Source: Azolla caroliniana (Eukaryota; Plantae; Polypodiophyta). From it: a DNA stretch of 64,000 nucleotides. The notes under the pieces were generated by a model, which saw nothing but the letters and a program-made list of their open reading frames with translations, was not told where the DNA came from and ran no database searches. The stretch's first letter is position 1, and each line of letters opens with the position of its first letter. Positions 11,303-25,700 of this stretch are shown in pieces. Made by a program: the position numbers and the translations under genes. The stretch lies in assembly GCA_043228905.1 (NCBI GenBank), contig JBHGNT010000013.1:6014001-6078000 (forward strand), in the 5' to 3' direction.

Positions 11303-14300
11303 TGTCGTAGTGTATTTCATACACTACGTGAAAAAGTAAAAAATAATATAACCGATTTAATTACATATAAATAAATAAAATAATATATCAAGATATTTAT
11401 CACGTGCATAGGGCAGGATTTGAACCCTGTACCTCCACGTAGCCAAACCTCAACTTTACCATTATGCTACCTTATCTTTAGTGTTCTATAAATAGATTTA
11501 ATAACTATAAGTGCTTTATTTGCGCCTACCTTTATTAAAAGGTAAATCATGTATTTTTAGAGTGCGTGAATATTTTATAGAAAAACGCAAGCGACTAAAA
11601 AGTGACTCATGCACATCTAGCGTGCATGAGCACTATATTTAGCAAATAAAAGCAAGGATTAGAAAAGCATCACATGCACATTTAGTGTGCATGAACATAT
11701 TAGAAAAAAAAGCATGTAGCTATGCTTAGTCTCTCCCATCACTACATAAGGATGGGGAGCACAATGTAATAGGTGTGTGAAAAATATTTGGAAACTAGAT
11801 ATGTTTCTAAAAAACACCAATTAATAAACTATACTCGTGGGATTCACGAGAATTCTATATCATTCTCTTTCAACCGAAGTTTATATTCTTATATTCATAT
11901 TGATTAATCTAATACAATACACTCGTGGGATTCACGAGTTTGCTATAACTGTTTCTTACAACATATTTATATTCTTATTAGCCTTAAAACTCTCCTCTTC
12001 CTAGTCCAAAACCCCAGCGGTTCCCACCCGACTCACGCAAACGATCCGGAGCCGAAAGGCACGACACAGTTGGTGAACCCGACGTGAAGGCGGGTGGCAA
12101 GGAGATGGAGAATCAACAAGAGGCGATGAACATGATGATGATGATGTTCGAGAGAATGTTACAAGAACAACGCGAGATGTCGGAGATCACGACAGTAGTA
12201 CAACGACTCGTGCAACAGAACGGGCAATTCGATGGAAAGGACGTGTCACGCTATCTACGTGACTACAAAATGGAGATGTTGCGATATGGTATCTCAGAAA
12301 GATTGCAAGTGTTATCTTTCAACCGGGTGGCTACGGATGAGCTTCAAGAGAGAATCCACGAGATACGACAACAAAGCCCGATGTGGGAGTCCTTTGAAGA
12401 AGCTATACGAGACACATATGACTATCTAAGACCGAAGCGGACGAGGACATGGTCCACGAACGGCGGTCAACAGTGGGTGAAAAGCGGCCACCGACTACCA
12501 CCGAAGGAGAGCTTGATGCGGAAGGGTTCGGAGATGCATGAAAAGTCGCAAGTCGACATTGAAGGGGAGCTTAAAACCGAACCAAAGTCGAGGCCAACAA
12601 AGGACGAGGAGGAGGAAGATCGAGGACGAAAGGGTATCCCCACACCGGTTCCAGAGACTTCGGCGGCTGTGCCCGTGCACCAACGTGAGACCGGAGAGAC
12701 GGAATGTGTCGGTGGAAAAGTGGAGGACCGGAAGGGCAACGAGGAAGACAAAGTAAATGAGCACGAACGAAGGGATTCCTTCACCATTGTTTCGGAGACT
12801 TCGGTACTGGAGCCCGGGTGTCGACATAACACCGAAGATAAGGAAAGTGGCGGCAACGAAACGAAGGTCGAAGCCGATGCATACGAAGGAGAGATAGCCA
12901 AGGAGAACATGGCTATGGGTGAAACAACGGAAGATGATAATACCGAGGATTCCTACCCACTAATTCTAGAGACTTCGGCGGTTGTGTCCGAGAACCAACG
13001 TGAGACCGGAGAGACGGGAGGTGGCAACAAGGAAGGTAAAGTCGGAAGCCGGTTCGGATGGAAGATGATCCGTCTGAAATTCCGATGTAAACAAAAGCAT
13101 GACAACGCGAAGGTCGGGTCTACGATGGGAGAAGTATGTAATACGGAGCACGCACTACGGCACCAAAAGAAGCACGTGCTACGGCGTAAAGAGAAGCACA
13201 CGCTACGGCGCAAAAAGAAGCACGCGCTACGGTGCAAAAATAAGCATGCACTACGGGGTAATACGGCGCATGCACTACGATGGAATACGAAGCATGCGCT
13301 ACGGCCTAATACGACGCATGCGCAACATCGAGAAATAAAGCATGCATTAAAGCCGCACAAGGACCTAACAGCGAGTGCGTATTCGGAGGTCGACATCGAC
13401 GCGTGGGTAGAACCTACGGAAGACAAGCGCGGAGTGGAGAGAGACAACACACCGAGATGCTCAAGAGTACCACAAGGGACCATGACAACCACTCATGGCA
13501 ATGCAAAGAATGAACAAAGAATATGGTGGATCGGATGGCGACAATGGTTCGGGTGGAAAGAATGGGTCTACTCAAAATGGAGAGACAAAGTTGACATAGC
13601 GGGACAAACGGAGGATGAAGGGGAGACAACGAGCATCGGCAACTTCGGCACATACCGGAGGATGTGCGGGTTCGGAGGGGGCGAGTGTCGTAGTGTATTT
13701 CGTACACTACGTGAAAAAGTAAAAAATAATATAACCGATTTAATTACATATAAATAAATAAAATAATATATCAAGATATTTATCACGTGCATAGGGCAGG
13801 ATTTGAACCCTGTACCTCCACGTAGCCAAACCTCAACTTTACCATTATGCTACCTTATCTTTAGTGTTCTATAAATAGATTTAATAACTATAAGTGCTTT
13901 ATTTGCGCCTACCTTTATTAAAAGGTAAATCATGTATTTTTAGAGTGCGTGAATATTTTATAGAAAAACGCAAGCGACTAAAAAGTGACTCATGCACATC
14001 TAGCGTGCATGAGCACTATATTTAGCAAATAAAAGCAAGGATTAGAAAAGCATCACATGCACATTTAGTGTGCATGAACATATTAGAAAAAAAGCATGTA
14101 GCTATGCTTAGTCTCTCCCATCACTACATAAGGATGGGGAGCACAATGTAATAGGTGTGTGAAAAATATTTGGAAACTAGATATGTTTCTAAAAAACACC
14201 AATTAATAAACTATACTCGTGGGATTCACGAGAATTCTATATCATTCTCTTTCAACCGAAGTTTATATTCTTATATTCATATTGATTAATCTAATACAAT

Positions 14301-14448
14301 ACACTTGTGGGATTCACGAGTTTGCTATAACTCTTTCTTACAACATATTTATATTCTTATTAGCCTTAAAACTCTCCTCTTCCTAGTCCAAAACCCCAGC
14401 GGTTCCCACCCGACTCACGCAAACGATCCGGAGCCGAAAGGCACGACA
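11303..14448 (+). mobile_element. Young non-autonomous gag-only LTR retroelement (LTRs 11303-12066 and 13686-14448)
   Basis: About 764-bp LTRs (TGTCGT...ACGACA) differing at only about 4 sites. PBS TGGTGAACCCGACGTGAA at 12071 (tRNA-Trp type). PPT ggaggggggcgag. 4-bp TSD acgc, confirmed against the empty site at about 21638. Confidence 0.95.
12106..13757 (+). CDS. Gag-like protein with a repetitive C-terminus, open through the PPT into the 3' LTR
   Basis: Uninterrupted ORF. N-terminus FDGKDVSRYLRDY...W.SFEEA resembles retrotransposon gag. Contains about nine 8-aa HALR repeats. Confidence 0.7.
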
Positions 14449-17400
14449 ACGCTGACAAACCACAAGTAGTCAACCCCTACAACTTGTCCACAATGATCTT
14501 TGTGGCCCTTTTCCTACAAAATCAATTATTGGATCAGTATACTTCATAAGCTTTATCGACAACTATAGTAAATTCACCGTTACTACTTTCTTAAAAACAA
14601 AAAATCAAGCTCTACCTGCATTCAAAAATTACCTTCATCTTGCTGAAAATCCAACTAACCACAAACTAAAATCCCTACAAACCGATGGAGGATGGGAGGG
14701 CAATACCACTTAAAGGAATTCATAAATTTCTGCAAAGCACAAGGAATCCACCATTGGAGGTCCGTTCCACACACACCTCAACAAAACGGCATTGCAGAAA
14801 GAAAAAATAGAAGCTTCTTAAATGCCGCTCGCAACATGCTACATGCTGCAAAACTAGATTCGAAATTCTGGGAAGAAGCTATTGCGACAACTTGCTAGGC
14901 TTCCTCCCTCCATTCGAACTTTGGTATGGACATAAACCACACCTCCAAAATCATAAAATATTCAGGTGTCCTGCATTTGCTCACATACCAAACACCAAAA
15001 GAAAGAAACTTGACAAAAAAGCCAAGAAAGAAATCTTCGTCGGCTATGGCGATGCCCACGGTTATAAAGCTTATCGCCTATATAACCCTGACACAAACAC
15101 ATTCTTTTTCAGTAGAAGCGTCCTATTTGATGAAGATAACATTCTTCAAAAACATAAGAGTCCTAACAAGTCCTTAACAAACATAGAAGTAGAGAAACAC
15201 CATCAAGGTAATGTCACTTCCTGGCCACTACAACTTGACGAACACTCTCTACATGATCCGCACCACGGGTCCTCCAGCACAGCCGCTACACCATCCTCAG
15301 TTTCCCTCATCCTGACGACACCCTCACACTATCACTCTTCTGACGAAAAATATGACTCCACATATTTGGACACCCAAATAAACTCATCACACAATGCACA
15401 ACCTTCCCCTTTGTGTGAAGACAAAAACCATGTCTACAAATATCAGAAACTTACCTTGCCAAAGCGACCTGTCCGCAACACTCCATTATAATGCGTCGAG
15501 CAAGATGTCCATATTTGACTAACTCCATCTTCTGCTCGCTCGCTCCATCCCCGCCCATTGTCGCCCTTGCACGTCACCAATCAGGCTTCGTCCTCTACTA
15601 CCAACAAAACCATGTCTTCTGACGAGGATGGAAAAGACGGTCACGGCCTCATGCGACCGACACAGACAAACCATCGTGATTGTCCTGAACTGTCCATTGG
15701 TGACTTACACAACCGAAAATTGAAGACCATGTCACCCAACCCTCATCCTTCACTCAGTTCCCATAACAGAACTGACCACTCAAACATTGGGCATCCATAT
15801 GTTTTGTCACACCCAAAGACTTTGACCAATTTCAACTCTCCAAACACCCCACAAACTAAACACCTACCCATCTCTAACATCGACACTACACCTCCTAGAC
15901 GCCTTAGAAAACTATCGGACCTCTACCAAGAATTAGACAAACTAGACTGTCATTTTAGCGATCTTGACACGGGGCATACATCCAATCTCGACGTAGACAG
16001 TCCACATATCGATTTCGAAGAACCTACCAACGTCGAAGAAGCACTTCAAAGCCAAAATGCAAATCATTGGATAAACGCAATGAAAGATGAAATATATTCC
16101 CTGACCAAAAATAAAACATGGGACCTAGTGGAAAAACCCACCGATCGTAAGATCATCACTTGCAAGTGGGTACTCCAAATAAAGTATGACCCCCAAGGAC
16201 AACCTGTTCGTTTCAAAGCAAGACTACTTGCTCGAGGTTTCACACAAGTACCCGGAATAGACTTCACAGATACTTTCAGTCCCACACTACGAATAACATC
16301 CTTTCGACTACTTGTGGCCATCAATGCGGCTGAAAACCTTCAGCTTCATCACTTGGATGTTCAAATCGCGCTTCTACATGGTGACCCCGAAGAAGAAGTC
16401 TATATGGCGCAACCCCCCTATTTTCAAAATACACAATTTCCCACACACGTCTGCAAACTTCAGAAGTCCATCTACGGCCTACGACAATCATCTTGAGCTT
16501 GGTACTATTCTTCAAAAACATAAGAGTCCCAACAATTCCTTAACAAACATAGAAGTAGACAAATACCATCAACGTAATGTCACTTCCTAGACACTACAAC
16601 TTGACGAAAACTCTCTACATGATCCGCACCACGGGTCCTCCAACACAACCGCTACACCATCCTCAGTTTCCCTCATCCTGACAACACCCTCACACTATCA
16701 CTCTTCTGACGATGAATATGACTCCACATATTTGGACACCCAAATAAACTCATCACACGATGCACAACCTTCCCCTTTGTGTGAAGACAAAAACCATGTG
16801 TACAAATATCAAAAACTTACCTTGGCAAAGCGACCTGTCCGCAACACTCCATTATAACGGGCCGAGCAAGATGGCCATATTCGACTAACTCCCCTTCTGC
16901 TCGCTCGCTCCATCCCCGCCCACTATCGTCCTTGCACGTCACCGATCAGGCTTCGTCCTCTACTACCTACAAAACCATGTCTTCTGACGAGGATGGAAAA
17001 GACAGTAACGGCCTCATGCGACCGACACAGACAAACCATCGTGACAGTCCTGAACTGTCCATTGCTGACTTACACAACCGACAACTGAAGACCATGTCAC
17101 CCAACCCTCATCCTTCACTCAGTTCCCATAACAGAACTGACCACTCAAACATTGGGCATCCATATGTTTTGTCACACCCAAAGACTTTGAACAATTTCAA
17201 CTCTCCAAACACCCCACAAACTAAACACCTACCCATCTCTAACATCGACACTACACCTCCTAGACGCCATAGAAAACTATCGGACATCTACCAAGAATTA
17301 GACAAACTAGACTGTCATTTTAGCGATCTTGACATGGGGCATACATCCAATCTCGACGTAGACAGTCCACATATCGATTTCGAAGAACCTACCAACGTCG

Positions 17401-18219
17401 AAGAAGCACTTCAAAGCCAAAATGCAAATCATTGGATAAACGCAATGAAAGATGAAATATATTCCCTGACCAAAAATAAAACATGGGACCTAGTGGAAAA
17501 ACCCACCGATCGTAAGATCATCACTTGCAAGTGGGTACTCCAAATAAAGTATGACCCCCAAGGACAACCTGTTCGTTTCAAAGCAAGACTACTTGCTCGA
17601 GGTTTCACACAAGTACCCGAAATAGACTTCACAGATACTTTCAGTCCCACACTACGAATAACATCCTTTCGACTACTTCTGGCCATCAATGCGGCTGGAA
17701 ACCTTGAGCTTCATCACTTGGATGTTCAAACCGCGCTTCTACATGGTGACCCCCCTATTTTCAAAATACACAATTTCCCACACACGTCTGCAAACTTCAG
17801 AAGTCCATCTACAGCCTACGACAATCATCTCGAGCCTGGTACTATCGTCTCCACACTTTCTTAATAAAATGTGGCTATAGTAGACTTAAAAGTGAACCTA
17901 ACATCTATCTTAGAAAATCGGCATCCAACTTCATCATATTAGGAGTATATGTGGATGATTTTCCCTTATTATCAAATTCTCTATCTTATTTAAGTTTTTG
18001 TAAACAAGAGTTGAAATCAGTTTTTCCTATCACCGATCTTGGACCCATGACCTATTTTCTAGGAATAGAAGTAAAAAGAAATACAAGTCTAGGACAAATC
18101 TCACTCTCACAATCTCGATACATTGATAATATTCTAAAATGTTTTAACATGGAACATTGCAAACCCATATCTACCCCACTTCCTACCACACTTAAGTTGT
18201 CCATTGAAGATAGCCCAAA

Positions 18220-18517
18220 GCGTGAAAGCATGGGAATGGGAACAATTAGCTATGTCCTTGACATAGCTAATTAGCTATCTAATTAGCTACATGTAATCTA
18301 TATATTTTGGCAATTTTAGGGATGATTAGAATTTGATCTCAAATAAAGACTAGCTAAACGGTGGACCATAAATGGTAATATTTCCATCCCCATCATAAAT
18401 GAGACGTATCTTTAAGATCTTCCTACTAAAAATTAGCTATAAAAAAAACTATTTAGCTGTGGTCAATTTACCAGCTAAATAGCTATAATAGTGTTTCCAT
18501 TCGCATGCTTTCACCAC
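18220..18517. mobile_element. MITE of about 298 bp inserted in Copia RT
   Basis: Absent from the duplicate copy (about 24070). Imperfect TIR gtgaaagcatgggaatgg / ccattcgcatgctttcac. TSD aaa or caaa. Confidence 0.85.
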
Positions 18518-19552
18518 AAAATCACTCATAAAAAAAACTGAAATGGAAAACATTCCGTATAGACAAGTAATAGGCTCCATATGATATCTAGTTAGTAGCA
18601 TGAGACCAGATTTATGCTTTAGTACAGGATTACTATCACGCTTTATGATGAACCCTGGCCCCAAACATTGGCAAGCACGTAAGAGAATTCTTTGATATCT
18701 TAAACATACTAAACACTTGTGTCTTACTTTTCAATCCATGCATTTGCAGTCGATCCAACCAAAATTGTGCGGATGGGCAAACCCCTCAACTGCTCTTCAT
18801 GGATGGACTAACACCGACTGGGGAGGAGATGTATATGGCCGAAAATCCACAAGTGGCTACGTCTACACCTTTGACGGAGGAGCGATTGCGTGGAGATCGA
18901 AAAAACAAGCTACAGTTTCACTATCTTCGACAAAAGCGGAATATGTTGCTGCCACTCCAGGTGCAAAAGAAGGAATTTGGCTAAAAGCCATATTAGAAGA
19001 AATAAATTCTGCTAAAGAAGAACTAATAGAAATCAACTGTGACAATCAGTCATGCTTAAAGTTGGCAAGCAACCCAAGAATTAGCGACAACATACGTCAC
19101 ATATCTTTCAAGTACCACTTCCTAATAGACGTGATTGAAGAAAAGAAGGTCAACATAAAGTTTATGCGATCAATTTTGAAGTGGGTAGATTTCTTAACAA
19201 AGCCAGTAGCAAGTCATAAACATCTACAATGTTGCAAAAACATCGGACTACTCAATCATACAAAAACCAAAGATAAAAGCTTAGAATTTTGATTATTTTC
19301 CTTAGGGAGGAGTGTTGGAAAATATAAGGAAAAGTATAAAATTGTAAAATAATTAAAATAAATAGTTATGACTCCTGATACCAAGAGTCGCATGTATCCT
19401 ATATGAAAACATCACACGCTTCTTTCTAATTGAGAGAGAAGAGCAACAGGAAATATAAAAATCAGAATTCATCCTTCTTTCTTTCTCTATCTCCCTGTCT
19501 CTGTTTTTCTAGAAGGAAGTCATCAGCATTCCTTCGTCTGTGTCTTCCAACT

Positions 19553-20150
19553 GCACCTGAAGAACTCAGTTGATGACCGTGTTGGTTTTCTGGCCCATAA
19601 ACTCGAGTATGCCTAGGGTCATTCACATGGGTCGGCGCAAAGCGGCGAGGAAGGTTTCCTTAGCCTCGTCCTCGGTAGGTGCCAAGGTCAGCTGGTTTCT
19701 TAAGTTCTAGAATCGGATGACAAAATTGGCCACAGATTCCTGATTGAACTGTCTGATAGAATAGAACTGACCAATGATTTCGTGTTGTGGAACACTCCAG
19801 TGAAACAGTCAAAGGAACGCCATGTGGAGCTAGTTGAAAGTCGTGAAAGCCAAGAGACCGAGCTATGAGTGCCACCGCGCTGCTTGTCCCTCGAGAGTGA
19901 GCCCAAACTCCACGATCTTGGATGTAATGGTATCGGGTTCCGGAAGCCGGTGCGACACGTGGTTCGCATTCCAGACGTTAAGAAAAGATCGTGCATGGCC
20001 TCCGAATCGGGTTCACCACTGTAACGGGGATAAGAGAAGGCCATGGTTGCGCACGTATATCGTCTGAAGTTATCGTGAATTGGCTCTGTTGGAAGTGGTG
20101 GGAGGTTTATTGGTGCTCTCAATGACCTAGTGTAGTGGGGAGAGGACCTC
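19553..20150 (-). mobile_element. Gypsy gag fragment (MAFSYPRYSGEPD...), copy 1
   Basis: Degenerate gag, homologous to 25106-25700 and to the gag at 48930-49533. Confidence 0.7.
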
Positions 20151-20267
20151 TTGATTGTTACTGGCTATGGTAGACACGGCCATCAAGTGATGAAGCATAT
20201 TATTGATTTATTTGTTTATTGTTTTATAGATATATATATATATATGAAAGTGATATTTAAATAAAAA

Positions 20268-23200
20268 GATCTAGCAGCAAAGCTAGAAATTATGTTGAAT
20301 CTGGAGGACCAGCAAACCGGCGCGATCAGAAATTGTTGCACTGCAAACACCATGTGGATCGACTTGAAAAACGAATTCGAGCCAACTACAGACGAAAATC
20401 AGGTCATGACACTAAACTCATTAGTAATTTTAAAGATTCAAGAAGAAGAGGATATGTGTGCATTTATAAACTCATGGAAACACAAATTAGATGACTGTCT
20501 TACGTCTGGAGTCGAATCAGAGTCAAAGTTGCAAACACTTCTCCTATTAGATGCATTGCCACCATCATGGAGCACTTTTTCTTGACCACCCAAAATTTCA
20601 ACACAAACACAACTCTCATTGACCTCATAAATTGTATAAGACAAGAAGAGGCAATGAAAAAGCACACCGACCGGAACAAACACAACACACATTAGCAATG
20701 ATAGCATACCATAACAAACAACCCTCTCAAAATCAAAGAATACAATACAAGCCCAGATATTACCTAGAAAATTTTAGATCACAAACCGGAGGCCTTAGGT
20801 TCTCAAAAAATTTCCGCACCATCTGCAAGAAACCTGGATATACAAACAATCAATGTAGGTTTAGACAAACCAGAATTAGACAACCATATCAAAGATCTAG
20901 ATCTCGAGTAGAAGCCCACTTAGCTGAAGAAATTTTAGAAGATGAATCATACCCAACTGAAACAAACAATGAAAAAATTGACGATGGTTATGAAAAACCT
21001 CATGCAAGTTTTCCTCGCCAAAGCTTTAACAGCAAGAATCGATACAAAACAAAAATTTGTAACACCTGGTATTTCGATACCGGTGCCACCCATCACATGA
21101 CAAATAATAGACAATCCATAACAAATTATAACCCCTTACCATCACCAATCCCCGTCGTGTTTGGTAATAAAGGTAGGCTAACTACTTTAAGAAAAGGAGA
21201 CGTAAACCTCTTCCTGGAAAACAACCAAGTTCTTATAGTAGACAATGTTTATTTTCTTCCTGGAATCACAAAAAACCTACTATCCGTCTGTCAACCAAAA
21301 ATGGCACCTCCATAAAGTTCAAAGAAACATATGCACAAATTAAGCATAAAACCCTGAATGGACAGATAACTAAATACATCTGTAAACATCTACACGACAG
21401 ACTCTATCACCTCCCATGCACACCCACAACCATCACATTAGAAGCACACTATACATCAACAAATGAACAATCTACTTTAACGAATCTGTGACACCATCGA
21501 CTCGCACACACTCATCTACAAGCCATAAAAAATATGCAATTTTATAATATGGCATTAGGCCTTCCAAAAGCCCACCTCACAAACTTGAAAATCTGTGAAG
21601 GGTGCATTCTTGGAAAAATGCCCCAACATCCTTTTCCACGCCGACAAACCACAAGTAGTCAACCCCTACAACTTGTCCACAGTGATCTTTGCGGCCCTTT
21701 TCCTACAAAATCAATTAGTGGATCAGTATACTTCATAAGCTTTATCGACAACTATAGTAAATTCACTGTTATTACTTTCTTTAAAACAAAAATTCAAGCT
21801 CTACCTGCATTCAAAAATTACCTTCACCTCGCTGAAAATCCAACTAACCACAAACTAAAATCCCTACAAACCGATGGAGGATGGGAGGGGAATACCACTT
21901 AAAGGAATTCATAAATTTCTGCAAATCACAAGGAATCCACCATCGGAGGTCCGTTCCACACACACCTCAACAAAACAGCACTGCAGAAAAAAAAAATAGA
22001 AGCTTCTTAAATGCCGCTCGCACCATGCTAAATGCTGCAAAACTAGATTTGAAATTCTAGGAAGAAGCTATTGCGACAGCTTGCTATATCCAAAATTGAA
22101 TCTACCATCACTCCCTAGGCTTCCTCCCTCCATTCGAACTCTGGTATGAACATAAACTACACCTCCAAAATCATAAAATATTGAGGTGTCCTGAATTTGC
22201 TCACATACCAGACACCAAAAGAAAGAAACTTGACACAAAAGCCAAGAAAGAAATCTTCGTCGGCTATGGCGATGCCCACGGTTATAAAGCCTATCGCCTA
22301 TATAACCCTGACACAAACACATTCTTTTTCAGTAGAAGCGTCCTATTTGATGAAGATAACATTCTTCAAAAACATAAGAGTCCCAACAATTCCTTAACAA
22401 ACATAGAAGTAGACAAATACCATCAACGTAATGTCACTTCCTAGACACTACAACTTGACGAACACTCTCTACATGATCCGCACCACGGGTCCTCCAACAC
22501 AACCGCTACACCATCCTCAGTTTCCCTCATCCTGACAACACCCTCACACTATCACTCTTCTGACGATGAATATGACTCCACATATTTGGACACCCAAATA
22601 AACTCATCACACGATGCACAACCTTCCCCTTTGTGTGAAGACAAAAACCATGTGTACAAATATCAAAAACTTACCTTGGCAAAGCGACCTGTCCGCAACA
22701 CTCCATTATAACGGGCCGAGCAAGATGGCCATATTCGACTAACTCCCCTTCTGCTCGCTCGCTCCATCCCCGCCCACTATCGTCCTTGCACGTCACCGAT
22801 CAGGCTTCGTCCTCTACTACCTACAAAACCATGTCTTCTGACGAGGATGGAAAAGACAGTAACGGCCTCATGCGACCGACACAGACAAACCATCGTGACA
22901 GTCCTGAACTGTCCATTGCTGACTTACACAACCGACAACTGAAGACCATGTCACCCAACCCTCATCCTTCACTCAGTTCCCATAACAGAACTGACCACTC
23001 AAACATTGGGCATCCATATGTTTTGTCACACCCAAAGACTTTGAACAATTTCAACTCTCCAAACACCCCACAAACTAAACACCTACCCATCTCTAACATC
23101 GACACTACACCTCCTAGACGCCATAGAAAACTATCGGACATCTACCAAGAATTAGACAAACTAGACTGTCATTTTAGCGATCTTGACATGGGGCATACAT

Positions 23201-25105
23201 CCAATCTCAACGTAGACAGTCCACATATCGATTTCGAAGAACCTACCAACGTCGAAGAAGCACTTCAAAGCCAAAATGCAAATCATTGGATAAACGCAAT
23301 GAAAGATGAAATATATTCCCTGACCAAAAATAAAACATGGGACCTAGTGGAAAAACCCACCGATCGTAAGATCATCACTTGCAAGTGGGTACTCCAAATA
23401 AAGTATGACCCCCAAGGACAACCTGTTCGTTTCAAAGCAAGACTACTTGCTCGAGGTTTCACACAAGTACCCGTAATAGACTTCACAGATACTTTCAGTC
23501 CCACACTACGAATAACATCCTTTCGACTACTTGTGGCCATCAATGCGGCTGAAAACCTTGAGCTTCATCACTTGGATGTTCAAACCGCGCCTCTACATGG
23601 TGACCCCCCTATTTTCAAAATACACAATTTCCCACACACGTCTGCAAACTTCAGAAGTCCATCTACAGCCTACGACAATCATCTCGAGCCTGGTACTATC
23701 GTCTCCACACTTTCTTAATAAAATGTGGCTATAGTAGACTTAAAAGTGAACCTAACATCTATCTTAGAAAATCGGCATCCAACTTCATCATATTAGGAGT
23801 ATATGTGGATGATTTTCCCTTATTATCAAATTCTCTATCTTATTTAAGTTTTTGTAAACAAGAGTTGAAATCAGTTTTTCCTATCACCGATCTTGGACCC
23901 ATGACCTATTTTCTAGGAATAGAAGTAAAAAGAAATACAAGTCTAGGACAAATCTCACTCTCACAATCTCGATACATTGATAATATTCTAAAATGTTTTA
24001 ACATGGAACATTGCAAACCCATATCTACCCCACTTCCTACCACACTTAAGTTGTCCATTGAAGATAGCCCAAAATCACTCATAAAAGAAACTGAAATGGA
24101 AAACATTCCGTATAGACAAGTAATAGGCTCCATATGATATCTAGTTAGTAGCACGAGACCAGATTTATGCTTTAGTACAGGATTACTATCACGCTTTATG
24201 ACGAACCCTGGCCCCAAACATTGGCAAGCACGTAAGAGAATTCTTCGATATCTTAAACATACTAAACACTTGTGTCTTACTTTTCAATCCATGCATTCGC
24301 AGTCGATCCAACCAAAATTGTGTGGATGGGCAAACCCCTCAACTGCTCTTCATGGATGGACTAACACCGACTGGGGAGGAGATGTATATGGCCGAAAATC
24401 CACAAGTGGCGACGTCTACACCTTTGACGGAGGAGAGATTGCGTGGAGATCGAAAAAACAAGCTACAGTTTCACTATCTTCGACAAAAGCGGAATATGTT
24501 GCTGCCACTCCAGGTGCAAAAGAAGGAACTTGGCTAAAAGCCATATTAGAAGAAATAAATTCTACTAAAGAAGAACCAATAGAAATCTACTGTGACAATC
24601 AGTCATGCTTAAAGTTGGCAAGCAACCCAAGAATTAGCGACAACATACGTCACATATCTTTCAAGTACCACTTCCTAATAGACGTGATTGAAGAAAAGAA
24701 GGTCAACATAAAGTTTATGTGATCAACTTTGAAGTGGGCAGATTACTTAACAAAGCCAGTAGCAAGTCATAAACATCTACAATGTTGCAAAAACATCGGA
24801 CCACTCAATCATACAAAAACCAAAGATAAAAGCTTAGAATTTTGATTATTTTCCTTAGGGAGGAGTGTTGGAAAATATAAGGAAAAGAATAAAATTGTAA
24901 AATAATTAAAATAAACAGTTATGACTCCTGATACCAAGAGTCACATGGATCCTATATGAAAAAATCACACGCTTCTCTCTAATTGAGAGAGAAGAGCAAC
25001 AGGAAATATAAAAATCAGAATTCATCCTTCTTTCTTTCTCTATCTCCCTGTCTCTGTTTTTCTAGAAGGAAGTCATCAGCATTCCTTCGTCTGTGTCTTC
25101 CAACT
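20268..25105 (+). mobile_element. Decayed Ty1/Copia element, copy 2 (partial gag, pol, 3' LTR 24866-25105; no 5' LTR)
   Basis: UBN2-type gag ORF at 20292. Same pol motifs as copy 1. From 22362 onward nearly identical to 16508-19552. Confidence 0.9.
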
Positions 25106-25700
25106 GCACCTGAAGAACTCAGTTGATGACCGTGTCGATTTTCTAGCCCATAAACTCGAGTATGCTTAGTCTCGTTCACATGGGTCGGCGCAAAGCGGCG
25201 AGGAAGGTTTCCTTAGCCTCGTCCTCGGTAGGTGCCAAGGTCAGCTGGTTTCTTAAGTTCTAGAATCGGATGACAAAATTGGCCACAGATTCCTGATTGA
25301 ACTGTCTGATAGAATAGAACTGACCAATGATTTCGTGTTGTGGAACACTCCAGTGAAACAGTCAAAGGAACGCCATGTGGAGCTAGTTGAAAGTCGTGAA
25401 AGCCAAGAGACCGAGCTATGAGTGCCACCGCGCTGCTCGTCCCTCGAGAGTGAGCCCAAACTCCACGATCTTGGATGTAATGGCGTCGAGTTCTGGAAGC
25501 CGGTGCGACACATGGTTCGCATTCCAGACGTTAGGAAAAGGTCGTGCATGGCCTCCGAATCGGGTTCACCACTGTAACGGGGATAAGAGAAGGCCATGGT
25601 TGCGCACGTATATCGTCTGAAGTTATCGTGAATTGGCTCTGTTGGAAGTGGTGGGAGGTTTATTGGTGCTCTCAATGACCTAGTGTAGTGGGTAGAGGAC
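25106..25700 (-). mobile_element. Gypsy gag fragment, copy 2
   Basis: Near-identical to 19553-20150 at offset 5553. Confidence 0.7.

Larger units (their letters stand above)
10589..19552 (+). mobile_element. Decayed Ty1/Copia element, copy 1 (PR-INT-RT-RH plus 3' LTR about 19313-19552), with nested insertions and an internal duplication
   Basis: WYFDTGATHHM protease, LWHHRLAH..C, PQQNGIAERKNR integrase, KARLLARGFTQ and VYVDD RT, TDWGG and CDNQS RNase H. PPT agggaggag precedes TGTTGGAA at 19313. Confidence 0.9.

Noticed and set aside
11411-11471. Functional tRNA gene
   Set aside because: No convincing acceptor or anticodon stems; only A/B boxes. Reported as tRNA-like instead.
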